Positions 50,171 through 62,162 of a DNA stretch of 64,000 bases are shown piece by piece. Below the pieces are notes generated by a model, which saw only the letters and a list, made by a program, of their open reading frames with translations, was not told where the DNA came from and did not search any database. The number at the start of each line of letters is the position of its first letter. The first letter of the stretch is position 1. Origin of the DNA: Eukaryota sp. TZLM1-RC (Eukaryota; Protista; Metamonada: BaSk clade). The DNA lies in the NCBI GenBank assembly GCA_040285825.1, contig JAUPSS010000004.1, positions 3,204,550-3,268,549 on the forward strand, in the 5' to 3' direction. A program made the translations under genes and the position numbers.

Positions 50171-50904
50171 TTTAGTTGTTGTATTTTCATTTTATAAGCA
50201 TTTTTCAAATATTGTTTATCCTTATTTACCTTTATGTAAAAGCAAATTGTTTTGAGTTTATTAGCAAATTTACACATTATGATAAGAGTGTGCACCACCA
50301 TTTTGCATGGCTCTATGTGTACATTGCCCTTGATGATAATTATTGTTTATTTATTTTGAAATTTAAATAAATAATTGCAAGTTTAAGCATCAAAAGTCAC
50401 TTGTTGCATATTGATAAAACACTGATGAAGTATTACTTGACAGCTTCCCAGGATTGTCGAGTCCTTTGAATTGTCATTAGAACTTTGTATTACACTTTAA
50501 CAATAATCAAAATTGGGGTAAATCTGATAAAAATTGTACCTAAACAATAGAATCTAATAGATTAAATTGAACACTGTCAAAGTGCCGATTCAGCTTGCTT
50601 TTTCTCGCATCTGGCACCACTTTTAATAAATGTTTTAATATAAAATGGCATGTTGTGTTTGTTCACCATAGGCGGAGGATCTCGACTGATGATTTTTTTG
50701 GGAATAAGTGGAATTATTGGAATAAATATATGAGTATAAAAAAAGAAAACTATTGAAGATGGGGAAAATAAAACCCCAAAACAAATCCCCACAAATGCCA
50801 CGTCATCTATTGATTGAAGCTAAAATTAGTATTAAGTAATAAACAGTTGTTAAATTAAAACTTACATGTTTTGTAATCAACATCGAAACAAAATATGGTC
50901 AATC

Positions 50905-51030
50905 TCGCACACATTCTCAATCAGCTCTGCACTTCAATTCTTTCAGCTCAACAACTTTATCCATAGAGATTTGAAAAGTGTGATGGTTGATGGTCGTCCC
51001 AGAATCTCTGATTTTGAAATCTCCAAATAA
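50905..51030 (+). pseudogene. Protein kinase fragment
   Basis: SALQFFQLNNFIHRDLKS...RPRISDFEISK* (HRDLK and DFx motifs), not in a long ORF. Confidence 0.6.
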
Positions 51031-52229
51031 TTGCTGATAGCCCATCTTTCAAATGTTGTTGTCATCATTCCCTTTAATTGTCAACTAGGGGACGTCAGTA
51101 GGGGACGTCAAGGGGGGTAGTGTCATTAAAAACTTCCTTGAGTAATTGCATGAGCATGAAGAACCAGAAGAATTTAGGCTTATGTTTACTCAACACCATT
51201 AATGTCATGATTCCTAAATCCAGCCTTGGAAGTAATGTTGGTAATATTAAAGCGAAGATTATTCGCAGTTATACTTACAAATAAAGTCGCTTTTGAGGAA
51301 ATTAGCTCTCAAATAGCTTTATTAGGAGCCAAATATAATGGTACTAAATTACCATTTGATGAAACAACTCCTCTTTTATTACAAATAATGGCGTGCATAA
51401 CGATCCATCAAAAAGGCCTGGTATTAACCAAATTTTCTAAACATTCTTGACATTGGTAGAGAAATCGTCCCTACCAGAATAAATGTTAAAAATTATATTT
51501 GGCTTCATTAATGAAGTGTTGAGAGAGCAACGGGGATACTTGAAGAATCGAAACTAAGCAAACACTAAGGAGAGAAAAAGGTTGGTGGGGAGAGGGGGCA
51601 GTTAGAGACATTTTATTGTAGTAATTCAAGCATAAGGTAAGCATAGCATGTTGTTTATCATTAGTTCACTGTATCACGTGATGCCACGTCATCACCTGTT
51701 TAGACGGTATTTTGCTGTGAGACAGATCTTCTACTGAGCAACAATGGAAACGACGTTATAACGTTCGCTGAACAACAAAAGTGAATGCTGTGAAGGGACT
51801 TGTAACGAATCTGGTGAAACGAATAACAAGAGATCTCGGCATAGAGGTTGAGTAAAGAATATCGCGCGATAGAGCACAATGATTGGGTAATGGACTAACA
51901 GACAAGTTGCCTACACGACAGACATGGTAACAAATGCAAAGAGGTAAGGAGATTCACATTATAGTCATTGACAAGACGTTGATCACAGAACATGTAAGTT
52001 TTGACATAAAACTCAATCTACTGGTTCTAAATGAAACAAGATGAGAGTCTGGAGCCAAGGTTGGTGGCCATGGCAGGGATGGAAGACAGCTTATATACCT
52101 GCAGTGGGTTAAGATTGATTTGTTCAAGATTGATGAGGGATCAAAAAACAGACACATTTTAAAACTCAACCAAAAACCAAAAACTTTAACTTATACTTTT
52201 ACCTACTCAAACCCCATCAATTGAATGAC

Positions 52230-52950
52230 GGGAGATTTTCGCTATTCACTTGCATAGCAACTTGCTTGTTATAAGACTCCATAGTGTTATTCAAAACGGA
52301 GTTAAAATAACGAGGGAGAGTTTTTAATAACAAAGATACAATTCTGTTCTTCCAAATCAAAAAATCAAATGTGCGACCACGTTCTTTGAGAAGATTTCCT
52401 AAATCATCTAAAAAATTGAGACCTTCACTTCTAATGGTACCAAAAATTGAAATAGCAATGTGACAAATTTGATTTTTATGCCTCTTGTTCCATTGAGACG
52501 TTGTAGAAAAGTTTTGTATTTTGATTTCTGGAAAAGCTCTGCAATTTTGACTAATTGTTGAATGTCAGAATTGGAAATTCTTTTCCATGGAGATATGGTG
52601 GTGAAATCGGTTCAGTTCCATCTTACCATACACATTGAATATGACCTCGTTTTTGGCCGAAACTGAAGTTTAATTCATAAAAGAGTGGTTCTAAACGGAC
52701 TGGATGATGAGCACATTTTAACAGATCATAAATGCAATCACGAACAGCATTGTGGATCGTTTTTTGAGTGAATTTTCAGCAGGAAATAATGTGATCAAAA
52801 GAACCATAAGCACCACATTTACATTTAATTTATAATAAGCATTGTGGAGGAGGTAGATTAAGTCTGATTCACACGACTTTTAGAAATTGAATTTCTGAAG
52901 GCAATAATCCAAAACAACAAAGAACTTGTATCATCCGACAAGATGAACTA
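52230..52950 (-). mobile_element. Old decayed RLE non-LTR fragment (another family)
   Basis: CKCGAYGSFDHIISC*...IHNAVRDCIYDLLKCAHHPVRLEPL; later DFTTISP and IAISIFGT. Confidence 0.7.
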
Positions 52951-53128
52951 TTTTGACAAAAAGTTGAACTAAACAAGGAAGACAAAAATAATTTCAAAGA
53001 AAAATCACCGGAGTTGTTTGCTAATTTGGTTGTTCAGAGATTCTGCTTTTAAATAATTAATAATCTTCTCTAATTGGTGTCCTCTTTTAAGGACACTTAT
53101 TCCATTGTTATAGACAACATCTGTAAGT

Positions 53129-54169
53129 ATGACTCCCCCAGTGCGTCTCCATATAGACCTCAACAAAACAGTTCTTCTCTCCGACATTGCTTCTGGTAAG
53201 TCGGTTCCAGATGTAATAAACGCTCTTATTGCTGATTCGGCCTATGGTTATTCGACTTCATCATCATGGACGCCCTACTCCACTACTCTCTATGCCCGAA
53301 ACCCTTCTCCAAACGACCCCTGTGTCTGTTCTTATTCATTTTATCTGGCCAACATTCTCCTTCCTTTTCCTCCTGCTACAGGCAACCTAGAAGAAGACAG
53401 GGTTCGTAACCAAGCCATTAGAGATAAAAGAACTGTTAGAAGTTGTCATTTTACCGAAATTGAAGAGGGAAAATCTTTTCGCCACATTTTTGACCAAGTT
53501 TTTAAAAAATCTAATACATGCCAAGACGAAATTATTCCATCTTTTTATTCTTTTATCAAATTTGTTCATAATTCCAATTTAAATATTAAAATTTGTTTTA
53601 GAACTTTTGGTCAAGATTCTGAAATTTTCGTCCCAAAATATAATTCTTTTTGTGAATCTATTGGGGCTCATAATTTAACTATTACTAAATCTGCAGTTTT
53701 CTTTAGAGGTCAAAATGATGACGTAATACTTGCCGAGAAGTCGTTGGAAGTCTTGCCAATTACGTTTAGCATGGAGCAAGCAACAGAATTTTATAAATCC
53801 CGAGGTTGTATTATCCATCGCGGATTTGCCGAAATTTCTGCATTTTTTAACAATTCTGGCAATATTTCGATAAGAGATCATTATAGCCATTGGTCAGCTC
53901 ATGGTGAGTCAAATAATAGTGGTAAATTAATGATTAAATCTACTAATATTTCAGATGAAATTCCAATTTTTATGGATGATAATATTAGAATTAGGGTGCA
54001 GGATAAAAATATTGTTGATGTAAGAGACCAATTTGGAAACTGTTTGTGTAAAAAAGAAGCTTTTGAAAATGGTAATCTTATAATAATTCATGCTATTTTT
54101 GGTTTTTTGAAGGATGATTATTTTATAGATATTTTATTAGATTCTTTGGACAAATTGGGTATTAAATGA
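53129..54169 (+). CDS. Hypothetical protein with HAD-like motifs
   Basis: 346-aa ATG ORF; LHIDLNKTV (motif I-like), FRTFG, IFMDDN (motif IV-like). Confidence 0.7.
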   Translation: MTPPVRLHIDLNKTVLLSDIASGKSVPDVINALIADSAYGYSTSSSWTPYSTTLYARNPSPNDPCVCSYSFYLANILLPFPPATGNLEEDRVRNQAIRDKRTVRSCHFTEIEEGKSFRHIFDQVFKKSNTCQDEIIPSFYSFIKFVHNSNLNIKICFRTFGQDSEIFVPKYNSFCESIGAHNLTITKSAVFFRGQNDDVILAEKSLEVLPITFSMEQATEFYKSRGCIIHRGFAEISAFFNNSGNISIRDHYSHWSAHGESNNSGKLMIKSTNISDEIPIFMDDNIRIRVQDKNIVDVRDQFGNCLCKKEAFENGNLIIIHAIFGFLKDDYFIDILLDSLDKLGIK

Positions 54170-54493
54170 ACTATTCAGTAAATGAACAACGTAGTCTTTG
54201 CAAGATCGACCATTTTGGCTTTGGAGAAGTTTTTTTTTGAAATTTATTAAAGAGTTTTCAGGTTGGTCTGTAGGACCTAATCAATCAAAATAAATAATTT
54301 GACTTTAAATATAATTAATCATAATTGAAATGACAACATACATTAAACAAAATAGTAGCGAAAAATGAAAAAAATAAGAAATAAATAAATAACAATCAAG
54401 ACAAAATAAACAATTATTAAATTATAGAACGTAAAGTTGATTTTTTGTTATGATTATAACTACTAAGAAGCACACCCTCTGCATTGATCATGC

Positions 54494-56422
54494 TCATTTG
54501 TTGAAATTCTTCTTTGGTTTAACAATGTTGAATAGAGATAATTCAACAGCACTGGATACCATTAAGATAATAGAATAAATAAAGATAAAAGGAATAATTA
54601 TAGAATAAAAGACGCTATTGTTTCTTTCAATTAATAGAAACACTGAGCAACAACTAAGAACCACGATATTAAATAATATTGAGCTGGAAAATCCAGTGGG
54701 TTTTATTACTGTTGATAAAATACTTGGAATTAAAGCCTCAATTATTATAGAAAGAGGTGTAAGAACAGCCGAATACCCAAATTTCAGTGTTAATCTGTTT
54801 GATACTTTGATATCAGATATTTTAATTGAATGATTAGTCAAATAATAAGTGAGCAGAGGATCAACATTAGAATTAGAATTAATTGAACTAGCAATAATGA
54901 AAAACAAAATCAAAACTGATTGAAAATCAGCTAAGAAACTGTAAATCACGAATAATAATAATGAAATTTTGTCCAAATAAAAAACTTTAACCAATATTGA
55001 AAATAATATTGGAATTGTAACAAAACTAAAGGAGAAATCGGCATCTTGAAATAATTGATTTGTGTAAATGAAATAGCATAAAATCAAAGGAAATTTGACT
55101 ACAAACCAATTTCTGAAAGAATTAGCAGATTTAAATGAAGAAATTAAGTGAAATTGATACAAAATAACATCATGATTTTCAATTAAACCAATACTAAAAC
55201 AAGAAATTAAAAATAAAAAATCAAGAAAGTTAAATGCAAATTCTGAATAAGAAATTGCAAAACAAACTGACAATATAACTAACCCAATAAGAACCTTAGA
55301 ATGAGAAAAATTGGCTGTTGCTTCATCTTCAATTAAATGCAAAATTGACCGTAATTCATCTAATAATTTTTGAAAAATGGCAGTGTCATTAGTTTTAAGA
55401 ATTTTCAAATAGACAGAACTAAAGTAGCTAAAATAAAGAGAGTTGGTTTCCGAATTTAAATAATTATGTATCTGGGCCAATGTTGATTTTATCAACTTAG
55501 AATTGTTTTTCAATAAAATTGGTAAACCTTGGTTGCAAAAAGGGCAGTTGACCCCAATCGCTATTGAGAGGAAAGAGGTCAATTCAGATTGTCGAATGAA
55601 AGAAGGAACGTGAAGATCTTTGAAAGTCAAAATATCGCGTGATGGTAAGGTCAAAAATACCCCTTTTCTTTCTAATTCTGACCCTCCGCCATGATTACCA
55701 TTTACATCCATTCCATGATCAGAAAGTATTAGAAGAAGAGACTTTTTTGGTAATTTATCATAAAAGTCAACTATAAATTGATCAATTTCCATCAATTTAT
55801 CAATCATTTCCTGTGAATTTTGACCTTTTGTGTGACCAATATGATCTACACCAAGAAGATGGCCAATAATTAAATCAAATTCTTGAAGTTGTAGTTGCGA
55901 AAATTCTGAATATACCAAATTATCAATAGAATTGAAATCATTTATATCAAATGATGGTAAAAGACTAGAATTATTCAAAACTTGAGGAAATAAGTCACCC
56001 CAAACATCATCACCTACTACGTGGAGGTTTTTGTTACTTCTGAAAGCAGCATCGATCAAGTTATCATCTGTTATTCTGGTTGAGGTAAACATCTTAGATA
56101 CGTCAAAGAGAGCAGCAGGTCGACCAGTCATCATGGTGGTTATCGCTGTGACTGTGATTGTAGGAAAGTTGGCGTAGAGAGGAATGAACGAAGTGTTGAT
56201 GGAGTGAGAGAGCTGAGACGTAGAACGTAAGTGTTTGATAGCGGTATCAAAAGAGAGGGCATCAACGATTAACAGAAATGTATGGTCATACAGTGGCCCA
56301 GGAGGTGGTTCGTGACGGTGATCGGGAAAGCAACGATTTGAAGATGAGAGAAAAGAGGATAGTATGAGAACGGTGGAGAGAACATAGAGAAAATAAACCA
56401 CAACAGATTTGATACTCTGCAT
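54494..56422 (-). CDS. GPI ethanolamine phosphate transferase (PIG-O/PIG-G family)
   Basis: N-terminal TM, LLIVDAL, PTIT...TG, GDDVWGDLFP, HLLGVDHIGH, SDHGMD.NGNHGG, multi-TM C-terminus; start taken at MQSIK. Confidence 0.9.
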   Translation of the reverse strand: MQSIKSVVVYFLYVLSTVLILSSFLSSSNRCFPDHRHEPPPGPLYDHTFLLIVDALSFDTAIKHLRSTSQLSHSINTSFIPLYANFPTITVTAITTMMTGRPAALFDVSKMFTSTRITDDNLIDAAFRSNKNLHVVGDDVWGDLFPQVLNNSSLLPSFDINDFNSIDNLVYSEFSQLQLQEFDLIIGHLLGVDHIGHTKGQNSQEMIDKLMEIDQFIVDFYDKLPKKSLLLILSDHGMDVNGNHGGGSELERKGVFLTLPSRDILTFKDLHVPSFIRQSELTSFLSIAIGVNCPFCNQGLPILLKNNSKLIKSTLAQIHNYLNSETNSLYFSYFSSVYLKILKTNDTAIFQKLLDELRSILHLIEDEATANFSHSKVLIGLVILSVCFAISYSEFAFNFLDFLFLISCFSIGLIENHDVILYQFHLISSFKSANSFRNWFVVKFPLILCYFIYTNQLFQDADFSFSFVTIPILFSILVKVFYLDKISLLLFVIYSFLADFQSVLILFFIIASSINSNSNVDPLLTYYLTNHSIKISDIKVSNRLTLKFGYSAVLTPLSIIIEALIPSILSTVIKPTGFSSSILFNIVVLSCCSVFLLIERNNSVFYSIIIPFIFIYSIILMVSSAVELSLFNIVKPKKNFNK

Positions 56423-56536
56423 TGAAATCACATTGAAGGATGGGAAATTTTCCATAAGCACGCGATCAATTTTCGTGCGGAATGAAAAGCTTTGTTGAGC
56501 CTTTGTTACTGAGTTTGCAACTCTCACTGTTAAAAA

Positions 56537-58600
56537 CTAATAAACCATGACATGTAGTAACTGGAGTCTTTTCTCTTCTGGTTTTAGGAATATTTGAGGA
56601 TCCTTTTCAACAGCGTCTGCAAGAAAATGTATATCCACTGGAAATATGTTATCAACTAAATTCTCGTCAGTGACCAAATTCTCAATTTGACAAGTAAATG
56701 GCTCAATAAGACCTTCAAATATGTCTCTAAGTTCATTATTTCTTATATCATGCTGTTCACATAAATCGAAAAATTCATCATTCAGAAGGTCTGAAATTTG
56801 TTCCGGATGATGAAACAAAGAACAATCTCTATCTTCAACTAAACACAAGTTTTTGAACTGACGAAGGCTAAATCTATATAGTGAAATTATAGTAGACAAT
56901 GGCGTTGAGTATCCACCCAGCTTGTGCATTTCTGCTAACACATTTTCCACATCTGCTTTGTCAAAAAAGACATTAATAAATCGATTAATATGTTTTTCAT
57001 AATTTAATTTCAAATTATTCACAAAATTGGCAAACATAACTGGGGCCATATACTCAGGTGGTCTACTAAATCCATCGGTTGAAAAACGTGGAAAAAACTC
57101 AGGCCTATATCTCAAATGATCTGCATAACTTATAGTTTTGTTCAGCTTTTGTTGTTCAAAGGTAGTCGATAATCTATAATCTCTTTCGAGATAAACAAAG
57201 TTTTCAAAATCCTGTAAAAATGCACCTTTTGGTTTCACCATTTTTTGTCCGTAATACTCAGCTAAAAATAACGAATTCTGGCCATTAATGATTCATATAA
57301 TTGGGCAGATATTTGTGGTGGTAAAAAATTACGTTCAAAACAAGACTGTAAATACAGCTTTAGCAACGAGTGGTGTATATACTCAACTGTTGAAATTTTG
57401 AAGCAGTTTCTCTCAATTTGAGTATCACATTTGAATGTTTAACCATTGAGTTGACGGTTGCTCGAATGGTTTTATAAGATGATAAAATAAAATTGTCTTT
57501 CTGAAACAGCACGAAAAGTTTCAGACAAAGAAAGCAATCATGAAGCCTTCATTGAATCGAATTTTGTCTCAGAGGAGAAGTAGCTAAACAACCAATTGGC
57601 AAAATATGGGAAAATTGCTGATGAAGTTTCATTTTCTTTTCATTTATCATTTTATATGCTAGATTGCCTATTCCATGTCCGTAGGGTATTTTGATAAATT
57701 TTTTGGCAAATACCAAAGTATCTAAAAGAAAAAAGCCATTTTCCCTGATGACAACTTCTCTCCATCTCGGTGAAAGTTGATTGAGTACATCAAGTGTTGA
57801 ATCATTTCGAACAGTGGGAAATGGTAAATCAAGATAACTTAATCTATTTTTAAAACCTGTAAATCACACTGCATTAAATTGTAATTAAGAAAACAATGGG
57901 GTTGATGATTATCAACAAGGTTTAGGAACCTACGAAGCAAGGTTTTTTCGTCAAAGAATATTCCCGCCTGAACATCCATATCAATGTCTGGTAATCTAAT
58001 TTGAGAACTCTTTCTCAATATAAGTGAATATTTACTCTCCAAAAAGAAATTATGGCGATCAAACTTACCAATAACAATCGAAATTCAGAACACTTTTTGA
58101 TCTGAAATCCACTCACCCATTTGCTCATCAGTTTTCTTTTTCAAAAAATTTGCACCCTCTTTTCTCTTTTTGTTGATAATCTCATCAGGTGTGAGAAATT
58201 GGCCATCATGATTTTGGTAAAGATAACCATCCTGATAGGTTTCAAGAACAAAGCACACAACAGTGGGAAGATTTTGATTTGGGGTCATTGATTTGAATTG
58301 AATAAATGGATCAGACTTGAAGCCACTAATACATGGCTCATTTTTTTTGACCAAACTCGGTTTCAAATGTTTCTTTGTCAAAATCTTCCTGTTCTCGATA
58401 TTCAACATTACATTCTAAATACAAATTTCTCGGTTCAGTGCTTTTTGTTGTTTTTTTCGCTTACGCTTTGATGTTTGTTGGTCAAAAATCGCCTTTCTAA
58501 TAATTATTGATGAAGGAGTTGATTTAAAATTGGATCTTCTCTTTCTGGGACCAGAATTTGCTTCAACATCTTCATCCATTGTTAAATCATCAGTAAATGG
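56537..58600 (-). pseudogene. Decayed gene: family-B polymerase-type 3'-5' exonuclease domain plus unknown C-terminal region
   Basis: Across frameshifts: VVCFVLET (ExoI-like), FDEKTLLRRF...NYNLMQCDLQVL (ExoII-like), LDTLVFAKK, HDCFLCLKLF (ExoIII-like); no SLYPS or YGDTDS downstream. Confidence 0.6.
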
Positions 58601-58659
58601 GTTTGTTGATAGACGATGTTGGCAGCTACTGGATTGAAAAGATAAATTCAAACCATAAT

Positions 58660-59110
58660 CATCAAACTCAACATTATCAAAATAACAATTTAAGACACAA
58701 CGTTTCATTTTTAAAGTGCAAGAATCTGAACCACAAAAAACAAACTCAAAAACATCAAAATAACAATTCAAAACAAAACATCGACAAGAAAAACATTCCG
58801 TATCTAAGGTGATTAGCACCATGGCTGATTCAACAGCACCCACATCATGACTTACATGATGACTGAAAAAAAGTGTAATACTCTACCCCTCCACGCAAGA
58901 ATCAGAACGACGATTCCGATAGGAAATCCAGGCTCTGACCTTCCGTTGATTCCTGTAAAACAGGATTACTGTTCCTGACTGAGGAGTTCGGGAGGAAATA
59001 CTCTGCTGTTCTGTGAGAGACAGGTTGAAGGAGGAGGTGGGACCCGGGTCCGTAACCTCGTTGTCCTTTTTCTTGTTTCGCTGCATGATGTTAGAAGAAT
59101 GGGAAGAGTC
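58660..59110 (-). repeat. Dispersed repeat homologous to 28060-28515
   Basis: MGAVESAMV and KKDNEV...PQSGTV...NRRSD are shared between track ORFs at both loci. Confidence 0.75.
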
Positions 59111-59229
59111 GAAATAATTTCGCTGTCTGACACGATGTCTGACATGCTGATTGCAATTTCAAATTGATTGTTAATTCCCACAATGGTATCAACTGCCTAT
59201 CCATTGTAACTCTATTAGTGGTCATCAAC

Positions 59230-59420
59230 ATCAGCTCGATTTACCCTCTAGCTGTTCTGCTCGAAAAATGAATGCCGAATCCTCACACTCCATTTTCTTC
59301 ACTCTTATTGACAATATGATAACCATCTCTTCTTTCCTTCAAACTCTGCTGCTCACAAGTACTGGTGACGTTTATTAATGGGGTGATGCTTCCCTTATCC
59401 GATATAATCTCGGTCTCCAC
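59230..59420 (+). pseudogene. Possible RCC1-repeat remnant
   Basis: QTLLLTSTGDVY*WG resembles the RCC1 repeat HxLxLTxxGxVYxWG; contains a stop. Confidence 0.35.
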
Positions 59421-59572
59421 AGGTTCCACTCACAGCCTTGCACTATCTGCTGACAACCGAATCTATCAATGGGACGGTTCTTCATTTCCACACCGTGATA
59501 CCTCAACCAAACTTAAACAAGTGTTTGCTGCTTCCGAATAGAATGGGATTAAAAACAAAGGTTGTTAGTGAT

Positions 59573-60715
59573 AATTTTTTTGGTACCCTTCAACTGCGTT
59601 TCTCTGGTTTTGTTGGCATCAGGGTCACTTTTCATTTCTTCTTTTAATCTTCTTTCCTTTTTCGGTGGTTATCCAGCTCATCTGTGTTTTTTGAGTCATT
59701 ATTTTTACTTTGAAATGTTAAAAGCAGTTCATAATTATTGGTTTTTAATAAAAATTGAAATCTATTTTTCAAACTTTTTCTGTTGGTATTAAGTTTTTGA
59801 TAAGAACATTGTTTGACTATTCGTTTTAAGTTCATTTTTGATGAACTTTGTTTTGGAAGATGATCCTTCAATAAGTGGAAATTTTTTAAAGAGTGGAAAA
59901 CTTGTGAAGGTACCTCAAGAAATTTAGAACTTTTATGAGAAGCTAAAGGTATTTATCTAAATTTATTCCAGCAATGCATCTGAAAAAAAGAGTGAGTAAG
60001 TATTCAGAAATTTTAAGATTAAAGAGAAAAAGCTCACCAATTGTCTTTGATGAAAAGGTGATTCTATCATTTAAAGCTAGGAAAACAGCAGTGGCAGGGA
60101 ATCTTTGAAACAGATTCAAGATAAATTTACAAGCATTTAATAAAAAGAATCTTTCTCTTGAATTATTTAGATGGTAATTGATGTAGTGTTCGAGAATAGA
60201 ATGAATAACTACTTCTTTGGGTTGCTCACCATCTGTTATTGCATTAGCTTCTAGATGTGCTAAGGGTTCAGCTGCTATAAGAGAGAGAAGATAATTGGCA
60301 AAGACATTCGTTTTATTCAGAGCTCTACAATGAGCACGAATGGAATTTTTTGTTCAGGATTTACAGTTTTTAGGTAAGCTCGATGCCAATTGACGAGTTC
60401 GACCAGCAAATAAAGGAGAAGGTCCTTTTCTATTAATCAACTTGCATCTCTGTAACTGCAGCCAATCATTGAAGAAAATATTGAATGAATTTCTATAGGG
60501 AATTAGAAAATTTTCCCATGTAGAAACAAGAGATCCGTCTTGTGGGTATTTAGGAAGAGATCCAAAAAATATGTAGCAATTTGCGTTGTTCTTTGGAGGT
60601 AGAAGGCTTTGGGAAAAAACCCATTTTCGACTTCTGCTTGTATGTTCGGAAAGGTTTTTAACCCTCAACTTGGTTTTGTGAGGTCTTTATTATTCCCTCA
60701 CTTTTCCCTCACTTG
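59573..60715 (-). pseudogene. Decayed, truncated inverted paralog of the Fanzor-like gene plus its upstream sequence
   Basis: Colinear similarity to 62024-62120 and ~62390-63430 (e.g. LLKTNNYELLLTFQSKNNDSKNTDELD vs LLKTNGNELL/LTFEGKNNDSENTDELD); stops and indels; ends before RuvC-I. Confidence 0.85.
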
Positions 60716-61598
60716 ATAAAACAGGTTCTGGTTATGTCGCAACGGAACCTTGAATATATGTCTTTGCGCAACGCAACAAAAGTTTCTCTCTCAATACTTT
60801 CTCTTACTTTGCTCTCTTGTGTGGTTTATATGGATTGTCTTTTTCTCATTCAATCTTATTTCCCTCACTTACCTTCTTTTCCAAGCCTTAAGACCTTCCA
60901 AGAATGGCATTGTTATTGGGTTAGTTGTATTATTATTTTAGAAGAATTAACTGTATATTAAATAAATTCCTTAATAATAATTTAAATAAATTAATTAGAT
61001 TAATGGATTATTTCCTATTGTTTAAATGGATTCAATGAATGAGCAAAGACAACTTTGTTAGCTTTCACAATGATTGTTAGCTTTGACAATGATAAAATCA
61101 AATTGTTATGATCCAGTTCATCTTTAATTGTTGTTATAATTGCACAATGCTACCACTGTCGATGACGACAACTGAAGGTAGCAAGAGTTTAAATATCAAT
61201 AAATAAATTATTTAAAATCAATATCTCAAATGTCTGTAAAGACCGTAATCAACAATGTTTTCTCCTAAAACAAGAGCCAACCCTACATGCAAAATAGTTT
61301 CAACCGTAAACAAAAATTAGGTTCTAAATGGGATCTCCAGACAGTTGCAAAAATGACATTTCTTTTATCTTTGCTTTGTAGGTACAATCAAGCGAGACAA
61401 AGGGATAAGTTTTCCCAAAAGGTAGGTTGCTTTTAAGAATCAATACAAACTAAAAAATTCGCTTGTTTTCATCGCAAATTATTTCTGAGCAAATCGACTA
61501 AATAATGAAATTGGATCATGAAGGAACATAAAAAACATTATGCAAAAGTGTAATTGTAAAAGAAGTGTTACTGGCTTTTTTCCTTGTTTTTTCCATAT

Positions 61599-61907
61599 TT
61601 ATTTATTTATCAAATATGGTTGTGATATGTGCGCATCATGAGAGTGTAGAGACGACAGAGCAAGGGAAAGAGAGGACTGTAGTTGAGATTCAATTGAGGT
61701 AAGTTCTGCATTGATATCATGGCGAAGGTCATTGAGATCAGAACGAAGCGAGAACGCATTTGAAACCTTCTGGAGTGTGTCTGGAGCGAAAAATACATCA
61801 CTTACTTGTGGAAGAGGAAGATTATGTGATTTGCAGTAGTTTTGATAAGTAGTGATTGTGTGTTTAAGCTGAATCACCTTGGTTTGTAAAGAATTGAGTT
61901 TAGACAT
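61599..61907 (-). CDS. Hypothetical coiled-coil protein or gene fragment
   Basis: 102-aa ATG ORF with heptad-like pattern, divergent from the Fanzor-like gene. Confidence 0.35.
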   Translation of the reverse strand: MSKLNSLQTKVIQLKHTITTYQNYCKSHNLPLPQVSDVFFAPDTLQKVSNAFSLRSDLNDLRHDINAELTSIESQLQSSLSLALSSLHSHDAHISQPYLINK

Positions 61908-62162
61908 CGGCTAATAACACAAAACGTCAAACAGTGGTAACCTGTTGAGATTAATGGAGGACGTGGATAAAATGAACTGAGATGCTGAACTACTCAGTTG
62001 GAGAATTCTTACAAAGTAAATGGAAAGTGTGGGAAAGTGTGGGAATAGTGAAAACCTCCCAAAACCAAGTTGAGGGTTAAAAACCTCCCAGAACAGGCAA
62101 CCAGAAGTCGAAAATGGGTGACAAGTGTAAAATTTGATAGATGAGCTCTTTATTCTCACTAC

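Noticed and set aside
56537-58600. Polinton/Maverick protein-primed DNA polymerase
   Set aside because: No polymerase-domain motifs, integrase, packaging ATPase, capsid or TIRs nearby; kept only as an exonuclease-like relic
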